64,000 nucleotides of DNA, from NCBI GenBank assembly GCA_963730185.1, contig CAVSQW010000006.1, forward strand, positions 288,001 to 352,000, given 5' to 3'. Made by a program: the position numbers and the translations under genes. The DNA comes from an uncultured Gemmatimonadales bacterium (GTDB lineage: Bacteria; Gemmatimonadota; Gemmatimonadetes; Gemmatimonadales; GWC2-71-9). Each line of letters starts with the position of its first letter. Position 1 is the first letter of the stretch. This document shows positions 57,248 through 64,000 of this stretch, piece by piece. The notes below the pieces were generated by a model. The model was not told the origin of the DNA. It searched no databases and saw nothing but the letters and a program-made list of their open reading frames with translations.

Positions 57248-58204
57248 TCAGCCGAGCTTGGCGCCGCAGCCGCCACAGAAGGTGAATTCGGACGGGATCC
57301 CGGTGGCCCCGCAGGACGGACAATCGAGGGCGTACGGTCCCCAGAGGAACTCGCTGCTTCCCCCAGCAGCTGCTTTGACCCGGAGGGCCCGCGGGTTGGA
57401 CTTTCGCTTCTCGACGAAGGCCCGCATCCCTTCGTACGGCTCGACCGTCGTGAAATGGGTGGAGAGCCAGTCCCGGGCGTGGCCGATGGTGGCATACCAG
57501 GCGGACTCCTTCCAGTAGTTCACCTGCTGCTTGGTGTAGCGGGTGCACTCGGGGAAGGTCTCAAGCACCTTCTCGGCGATGGCCTGGACCTCGTCGTCCA
57601 GCTTGGCGCGGGGCACCACCCGGTTGACCAGACCCCACTCCAGCGCCTGCTGGGCGGGGATCTTCGGGTTGAGGAACAGCATCTCACGGGCTCGCCGGTC
57701 GCCCACGTGGATCGAGAGCCACTGGGTCGCGCCCCCGGCGGCCACGCTCCCGACGCTGCTGCCCACCTGGCCGAGGTAGGTGTCGTCGGCCATGACGGCG
57801 AGATCGCAGGCCAGCTGCGACTCGTTCCCCCCACCCACCGCCATCCCGTTGATCCGGGCGATGGTCACCTTGCCGTTCCGGAAGATGCTCTCCAGGTACC
57901 GGCTGAAGAGGCCCATGTACTTCCAGTAGTCCCGGGGCCGCTTGGTGTATACGGCGGCGTACTCCTTGACGTCGCCCCCGGTACAGAAGGCCCGGTCGCC
58001 CGCGCCCGTGAACACCACGGCGCCGACCTGATCGTCGCAGGCGGCGTCCTCGAAGGCCGTGATCAGCTCGCGCAGGGTGTCGGTGGTGTAGGCGTTGTAC
58101 GCCCCGGGCCGGTTGATCGTGACCCGGGCGACCATGTCTTTCTTTTCGTACAGGATGTCCCGGAAGCCGAAGCCGTCAGCCGGTTTCGAAGCAAAGTATT
58201 CCAT
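57248..58204 (-). CDS. oah: 6-oxocyclohex-1-ene-1-carbonyl-CoA hydrolase (ring-opening) with C-terminal zinc ribbon
   Basis: YNAYTT, AFCTGGDVKEYA, RINGMAVGGGNE, GGATQWL; CPSCG...CGGCG tail; bcr context. Confidence 0.78.
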   Translation of the reverse strand: MEYFASKPADGFGFRDILYEKKDMVARVTINRPGAYNAYTTDTLRELITAFEDAACDDQVGAVVFTGAGDRAFCTGGDVKEYAAVYTKRPRDYWKYMGLFSRYLESIFRNGKVTIARINGMAVGGGNESQLACDLAVMADDTYLGQVGSSVGSVAAGGATQWLSIHVGDRRAREMLFLNPKIPAQQALEWGLVNRVVPRAKLDDEVQAIAEKVLETFPECTRYTKQQVNYWKESAWYATIGHARDWLSTHFTTVEPYEGMRAFVEKRKSNPRALRVKAAAGGSSEFLWGPYALDCPSCGATGIPSEFTFCGGCGAKLG

Positions 58205-58227
58205 CGTCCGCTCGTCCTCTCGTCCCG

Positions 58228-59439
58228 TCAGTGTACGTTGACCTTCAGCACCACCGCCGCCGCGCTGTCACCGGCCGCACAACCGGTGAACAGGCCGTAC
58301 CCCCCGCCCGTCAGCGCCAGATCCTCGATCAGCTCGATCACCGACCGAAGTCCGGTCGGTCCCTGCGGGTGCCCCCAGACGAGCGAGCAGCCGCGCCGGT
58401 TCATCCGCTCGGGGTCGAGGCCCAGCTCGCGAGACAGATACACGTCGTTCACCGCAAACGGGTTATGGGTCGTGATCCCGGCGAGGTCCGCCGGGCCGAT
58501 CCCGGCGGCCTCCAAGGCCCGCCGCGCGGCCGGGACCGTGGCCATCGGCATCATCCCCTTGTCCACCCGGGCCTGGCCGAAGCCCCTGAGCTGGATCTCG
58601 ACGGCCGGGTCGCGGGCGAGAGCCCGGGCCCGTTCCCGCGACCCGGCCACCAGAAGGCCGGCGCTCCCGTCGGCAGGGTGGGTCTGGGTCCCGAAGGTCA
58701 CCGTGCCGTTCTCGAGCACCGGCTTGAGCCCAGCCAGCCCCGCCGCCGTCGTCCCGTGCACCCCTTCGTCTCCCGGGACGGTGGCAAGCACCTTCCGGCC
58801 GCGAGCGTCCTTGATCTCCACCGGGCGGATCATGTAGCGGGCCTGGAAGGCGCCGTCATCCGCGAGGGCGTCGGCGTACTGCCGGTATCGCAGCAACGTG
58901 ATCTCTTCCTGGGCCGCCCGGCTGATGTCCGCGGCCCGCGCCACGTTCTCCGCCGTCTGGAGCATCGAGTTCCGGGCCCAGGGATCGTGGCCGAAGCTGT
59001 CCAGCACCCAATCCTCCCGATCGCCCGTTCCTCCGGGGCCGGCGGGATTCGGGTAGTAGAGGTGTGGTCCGTTGCTGGTCCGATCGGCCGCGACCGTGAG
59101 GTGAACCGTCGCCGCCCCGCTCGCGACCTCGCCCGCCGCGTGGGCCAGGCATCGGGCCGAGGTCGCGCAGGCCTGGTTGATGGTGGGACCGGTCAGGTGG
59201 GGGAGCCCCGCCAGGCCGGCGAACCACGGCGCCCCGTAGAACGAGTACTTGCTCGGAATCGTGGTCCCGAAGCTCAGACCGTCGAGATCGGCCGGCGCGA
59301 CCCCGCGCGCCTCCAGCGCTTGATGCGCCAGGCTCGCGGCCAGAGGAATCGGCGGCTGGGTGGCGAAGCTGCCCTGCCAGGCACAAAACGGCGACGTCCA
59401 GTAGCCACCGTAGGGAATCCACACGTCATTGACCCGCAT
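58228..59439 (-). CDS. Thiolase (candidate 3-oxopimeloyl-CoA thiolase)
   Basis: NQACATS, HPADG, THNPFA, GHPQG, GCAAGD. Confidence 0.85.
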   Translation of the reverse strand: MRVNDVWIPYGGYWTSPFCAWQGSFATQPPIPLAASLAHQALEARGVAPADLDGLSFGTTIPSKYSFYGAPWFAGLAGLPHLTGPTINQACATSARCLAHAAGEVASGAATVHLTVAADRTSNGPHLYYPNPAGPGGTGDREDWVLDSFGHDPWARNSMLQTAENVARAADISRAAQEEITLLRYRQYADALADDGAFQARYMIRPVEIKDARGRKVLATVPGDEGVHGTTAAGLAGLKPVLENGTVTFGTQTHPADGSAGLLVAGSRERARALARDPAVEIQLRGFGQARVDKGMMPMATVPAARRALEAAGIGPADLAGITTHNPFAVNDVYLSRELGLDPERMNRRGCSLVWGHPQGPTGLRSVIELIEDLALTGGGYGLFTGCAAGDSAAAVVLKVNVH

Positions 59440-60139
59440 CCGTGCCTCGCTTGGCTCCCGTGGACCGGAGGGTGGGACGACCCATGGCGGGTGCCAATCC
59501 ATGCTTCACGCCGTTCAGCACCAGCGCCACCATCTCCTCGCCCAATTCGTCGAGGGGCGCATCTCGGGTCGGATCGTACCACATGAACACCCAGTTCAGC
59601 ATGCCGAAGACGAAGAGGGTCGCGTGCCGGCTCTGACGGGACTCCGTCCCATCGCCCGCCGGGCCGTCCATCAGCTCGCGGACCCGCTCCGCCATCATCC
59701 GGTAGTAGCGCCGCCGGACCCCCTCCACCTCGTGATACGCCTCACCCTGGAGCGACTCGAGCTCGTAGGTGCAGACCTTCAGCTCGTTGGGATGGCGGGC
59801 GAAAAAGGCCAGGTGGCCGATCACCAGCCTCCGAAACCGCTCCTCGGGGGAGCCCGGCAGGGCGTCGATCCGTTCCTGCGCTTCGAGCAACTGAGCGAAG
59901 GTCCGGTATTGGATCTGGTAGAGCAGATCTTCCTTGCTGCGGAAGTAGTAGTACATCCCCCCCAGACTCTTGTCGGCTTCGCGGCCCACGTCCCGGATCG
60001 AGGTCGCCTCGAACCCCTTGTCCGCGATGAGGGCGGCCGCCCGTTCGAGGAGATGCTCGAGCTTCTGCTGCGTCGCGGCCCGGGGCCCGCGTCCCCGCCG
60101 GGCCAGGGCCGGTCCATCCTGGCGGCGTCCCTCCGTCAT
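59426..60139 (-). CDS. TetR family regulator
   Basis: KGFEATSIRDVG...GGMYYYFRSKEDLL; FGMLNWVFMWY. Confidence 0.87.
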   Translation of the reverse strand: MTEGRRQDGPALARRGRGPRAATQQKLEHLLERAAALIADKGFEATSIRDVGREADKSLGGMYYYFRSKEDLLYQIQYRTFAQLLEAQERIDALPGSPEERFRRLVIGHLAFFARHPNELKVCTYELESLQGEAYHEVEGVRRRYYRMMAERVRELMDGPAGDGTESRQSRHATLFVFGMLNWVFMWYDPTRDAPLDELGEEMVALVLNGVKHGLAPAMGRPTLRSTGAKRGTDAGQ

Positions 60140-60357
60140 GCGACCTCGATCCAGCAGGAGGGGGCGAGGAGATGGGCGGACGTGAGGGGCCCCCGCCCCT
60201 TCAACCCGTTCAGGATCCTTTTGGGGATGATCGGTAGCTCCGTCACACGCACCTCACGGGCACCGTAGATCGCAGTGGCGATCGCCCCCAGCATGGGCAG
60301 CAAGGATCCCTCACCGATCTCTTTGGCCTCAAACGGTCCTCGAGCAGTGCACGCCAT
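60136..60357 (-). pseudogene. Remnant of a xanthine-oxidase-family Mo subunit C-terminus (HcrA-like)
   Basis: GPFEAKEIGEG...AIATAIY..VRVTELPIIPKRIL matches the family end motif GPxGAKxxGE...AIxxAxGVRxxxLPITPxxI. Confidence 0.7.
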
Positions 60358-60369
60358 GTCCGGCGCCCC

Positions 60370-60828
60370 TCAGTCGGGCCCGGCGACAGCGCGCTCCAGC
60401 ACCAGCCGCGGGACCGGCATGAAGCGGGACCGACCGAAGAAGCCGAGGAGCTCGAGCTCGCTCCACGCTACCTCGGTCCGCAGTCGCTCGATCCGGAGTC
60501 CCGACAGATTGAGCAGCAGCTGTTCCAGCAGCGCCGTCGCGATCCCCTGACGGGCAAAGGCCCGGTCCACCAGGATCGTGTCCAGCACCGCGACCGGCTC
60601 GGGCTGGCCAAATTCGCCATAGTGCACCGAACCCAACAACGCGCCGACCAGGGTTCCGTCCATCTCGGCCCCCAGCGAGATGTTCACGTCGGTGTCGGCG
60701 AGGGCTCGCTGGATCTTGCCTTCGTACCAGGCGGGCCGCTTCCGCCCGCTGACCTGGAAATCCATGGTCACGAGCCGGGCGCAGTCGGCCAGCCGGAGGG
60801 CCCGGATCGTCAGTTCGTCGCCGCCCAT
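60370..60828 (-). CDS. GNAT acetyltransferase (possibly BadL-like)
   Basis: GEFGQPEPVAVLDTILVDRAFARQGIATALL; directly downstream of bcrD. Confidence 0.78.
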   Translation of the reverse strand: MGGDELTIRALRLADCARLVTMDFQVSGRKRPAWYEGKIQRALADTDVNISLGAEMDGTLVGALLGSVHYGEFGQPEPVAVLDTILVDRAFARQGIATALLEQLLLNLSGLRIERLRTEVAWSELELLGFFGRSRFMPVPRLVLERAVAGPD

Positions 60829-61661
60829 GCCACGCCTCCCTGTCCGAGCTTCCGGTAGCGGAAGCCGCCCCAGAGCGCCGCGCCGATGGCGCCGGCGAAG
60901 ATCGCCTGGTCGTGCGTCATGACCTCGACGGCGGCCGCCTCGGCGCCGAGCCGTTTGACCAGCGCGTCACGCAGGGCGGCAAGCAGGCCCGGGTCGCCGG
61001 CCAAGCCACCGCTCACGAACACGACGCCGTCGAGGTGCAACGATCGGAGCAACCGCGCGAACCGATCGGCCATGCTCTCGTGTACCCCCCGGAGGATGTC
61101 CGCCGTGGCGATCCCCCGGGAGACCATGTTGATCACGTCGGTCTCGGCCAGCACCGCGCAGATCGAGCTCACCTTCTCCGGCTGCTTGGCCTGGAGCGAG
61201 AGAGGTCCGATTTCGTCGTGCGAAACTCCCAAATACCGGGCGATGTTCTCCAGAAACTGACCCGAGCCCGAGGCGCACTGGCTGGTCATCTTGTAGTCCG
61301 TGACCCGACCCCGCGGGTCCATCGCGACCGCTCTGGTGTGCAGCGCGCCGACGTCCAACACCGCCCGCGACCGGGGCTCCAGATAGAGCGCCCCGCGCGC
61401 GTGCGTCGTCATCCCGTAGAAGTGGCCGGTGGCGAAGGGGACCTCCTCCCCCTCCCCCGTCGTCGCGATGTAGTCGATGTGATCCACACCCGCCTCGGTG
61501 CGGGCCGCCTCGAACACCTCGTCGATCACCTTGGCGACCTCTCGGCGGCGGATTCGGGCCGAGGTTCGGCTCAACAGCTGCTCCATGCCTGCGTCGTCGG
61601 TCGCCATGAAGACCGTCTTGACGGCGCCACTTCCCACGTCGATGCCCGCGCTGATTTGCAT
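60810..61661 (-). CDS. bcrD: Benzoyl-CoA reductase subunit D (class I)
   Basis: AGIDVGSGAVK, ATTGEGE, GHFYGMTTHARG, YKMTSQCASGSGQFLENIARYLG, SSICAVLAETD. Confidence 0.93.
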   Translation of the reverse strand: MQISAGIDVGSGAVKTVFMATDDAGMEQLLSRTSARIRRREVAKVIDEVFEAARTEAGVDHIDYIATTGEGEEVPFATGHFYGMTTHARGALYLEPRSRAVLDVGALHTRAVAMDPRGRVTDYKMTSQCASGSGQFLENIARYLGVSHDEIGPLSLQAKQPEKVSSICAVLAETDVINMVSRGIATADILRGVHESMADRFARLLRSLHLDGVVFVSGGLAGDPGLLAALRDALVKRLGAEAAAVEVMTHDQAIFAGAIGAALWGGFRYRKLGQGGVAWAATN

Positions 61662-62933
61662 CAGGCCACCATCCGATGCGCAAAGAGGGCCGCGCCCCAC
61701 GCCCCGGTGAAGATGCTGTCGGGCGAGATGTTGATGGTCCGCTCGCCGTAGTTCTCCTGCACCAGCTCCCGCACCGCCCGGACCGCCGCCGGGTTCTTGG
61801 CGACACCGCCGGTGAAGGTGAACTCGTCGGAGACGCCTCCCGAGCGCGCCAGGAGGCTCATCGCGCGAAGGATGATCGCCCGATGGAGACCGGCCAGGAT
61901 GTCCTCCCGACGCTCACCGAGGGAGAGCAGCTCCCGAAGCTCGGCCCCGGCGAACACCGTACAGGTCGAATTGATCTTGACGCAGCGGGTCGACTGCTCG
62001 GCCAGGGGGCCGAGCTCGTGGAGGCCCAGGTTCATTTCGTCCGCGATGTACCCCAGATACCGGCCGCAGCCGGCCGCGCACCGGTCGTTCATCTGAAAGC
62101 CGGTCACGATGCCCTGGCCGTCCACCTGAATGGCCTTGGTGTCCTGCCCACCGATGTCCAGCACCGTGCGCGAGGCTGGGAACATCGCGTGCGCCCCCAA
62201 CCCGTGGCAGAGAATCTCGGAGCGGATCTGCTCCTTGGGGAACGGCAGCCGGGCCCGGCCATAGCCGGTGCCGACCGTGGCGGCCGGTTCCAGGTCGGCC
62301 GCCATCGCCGCGTCGACCGCCGCCGCCAACTCCGGCGGCGCCTTGAGCCGTTTGAGGGCGGAGCCGATGTGGTCTCGGAAGTCGAGCGCCAGCGGCTCGT
62401 TCTCGACCCGGATGATGCACTTGTCGTAGACCCCCACCAGGTGGTCGAACGACACCCCGTTGGGATCGGCCACCAGCTCGGCCAGCCGCATGAAGGCCGA
62501 CCCGGCCGCGTCCCGGAAGAAGTCGGACCGCGGCGGGGGCTGGAGCTGCTTGAAGCGATGCTCCTCCTCCTCGACGATCCGGCGGCAGATGGTGCCGATC
62601 GCCGCCGCGAAGGCGGGCCGGGACCGGGATCCGGATCGCTCGACCTCTTCCAGCATCAGCGCTTCCAGGTGCCGGCAGCTGGTGCAGCGTCTGCTCCAGG
62701 CGAAAGGCCCGCCGCAGCCGCTGCACCTGCACCGCACCGATCTCCCCCTCGACCCGCTTCTGGACCAGGGCGAACCGGGCGTTGATGAACGCCTCGGTCC
62801 GAGCGACCCCGGCGGCCAGGTCGTAGTTCGATCGCGAGTTGGTGATGCCCCGCCCGAGTACCTCCTGGCGCTCGTCGAGGATCACCGCCTTGGTGGTGGT
62901 GGAGCCGAGATCGATCCCGATGACGCAGCTCAT
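61661..62933 (-). CDS. bcrA: Benzoyl-CoA reductase subunit A (class I), one frameshift at about 62675
   Basis: [11 protein letters not shown]...[55 protein letters not shown]. Confidence 0.92.
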
Positions 62934-64000
62934 ACCGCGGCCACCTCTCCGGCGCGCCGCGCCTCGATCATCTGGAAATAGCTCTCCAGCCGGTTCTTGA
63001 TGTTCGCGGCCCCGAAATAGCGGGGATCGACCAGGTCGGACTCGATGAAGCCGCCGGGGATCCCGGTTCGAGCCTCGACTTCGCGAAGCATCATCAGCTG
63101 ACCGGCGGAGAAGGAGTTGCAGGACTTGACCGAATTGATCAGGAAGCCATCGGCCTCGTACTCACGGACGTAGCGGGCCAGCATCTCGATCCGGGAGGGG
63201 AGGTTGAGGTTGGTGTAGCAGCCGCTGCAGTAGTCGGCCATCGTCCCGATCGGATCGTCGGGATCATGACGGAACCCGAAGTCGTAGGTGCCGCCGACCT
63301 TGGTGTAGGTCGACGCCACCACCACCGCGCCCTCATCGGCAAACATCTTCCAGAAGTCGCGGAAGTGGGTCCAGTTGGGCGGCCCCTCCACCACCAGCCG
63401 ATACTTCTGATCGTTGAGCGGCCCCTCGGGGGTGATCGGTCCGAGGCCCAGACGGATCCGCTCCTCGATCTCGGCTCGGAGGGCGCGGTAGTACTCGACC
63501 CCCTCGGGGGTGCCCCGGAACGCGCTGAAGATCGGCCCGACGTAGTACACCGTTCCGAAGTAGCCGTCGATCGGACTCGGTCGCCGCTTCGCCGCGTGCA
63601 GCACCGCGACCAGGTCGTCCTCGGCCTGGGCAGCCAGAGCCAGCCGCTCCCGGAGCTTGTCCTCGTCGTACTTGCGGCCGGTGGCCTGCTTCCAGCGCCG
63701 GGATCACCTGCTCGCGGAGCTGCCGGATCATGTAGCTCCCGGTGCTCCGGCTCGAGCCGCCCATCACCCTGGTAGGGCACGTGGAAGAAGACGATGGGGC
63801 AGTCGTACTCCTCGCGGAGCAGCTCGAACCACTTCATGAAGGTGTAGCAGCCGGTGTAGGACAGCAGCAGCAGGTCGGGCTTGGGGAGCCGGGTACCGGC
63901 CGGACCGATGTTGCCGGACTTGAGCATGCCGAGGTCGCACTTGACGTAGGTGCAGACGTCTTCCGAATGCCCCGCCCGCTCCGCCTCCGCGATGTAGTCG
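62930..64000 (-). CDS. bcrB: Benzoyl-CoA reductase subunit B (class I), 5' truncated by window, two frameshifts at about 63690-63745
   Basis: GHSEDVCTYVK, LLSYTGCYTFMKWFELL, SPIDGYFG, VVEGPPNW, SVKSCNSFSAGQ, ESDLVDPRYF. Confidence 0.92.

Overview
High-GC bacterial window with no rRNA, tRNA, CRISPR array or mobile element that I could recognise. The gene content (BTAD-ATPase-PD40 protein, many secreted serine/CocE/S9 hydrolases) suggests Gemmatimonadota, which is an inference. Aromatic and acyl-CoA catabolism dominates. (1) 1-7.4 kb: a TetR-GNAT-GabT-amidohydrolase operon divergent from a 2-oxoacid dehydrogenase E1a/E1b/E2 operon; its operator-like motif recurs upstream of a P450-ferredoxin pair at 17 kb. 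(2) 7.5-20 kb: membrane-anchored serine hydrolases and other secreted hydrolases. (3) 22-44 kb: scattered aerobic phenylacetyl-CoA (paa) genes (thiolase, paaG/H/I, paaABCD) interleaved with a second 2-oxoacid dehydrogenase. (4) 47-64 kb: a long minus-strand anaerobic benzoyl-CoA operon (bcrB, bcrA, bcrD, GNAT, hcrA-like remnant, TetR, thiolase, oah, SDR, dch, had, hemerythrin). Inserted between dch and had is the best candidate for an undescribed system: a ketopantoate-reductase (PanE)-family domain fused to a 2-hydroxyacyl-CoA dehydratase-like domain that lacks its Fe-S cysteines, a degenerate activase, an intact dehydratase subunit, an intact activase, and an acyl-CoA ligase with a Cys-rich tail. 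Several genes carry frameshifts or internal deletions that may be assembly errors.
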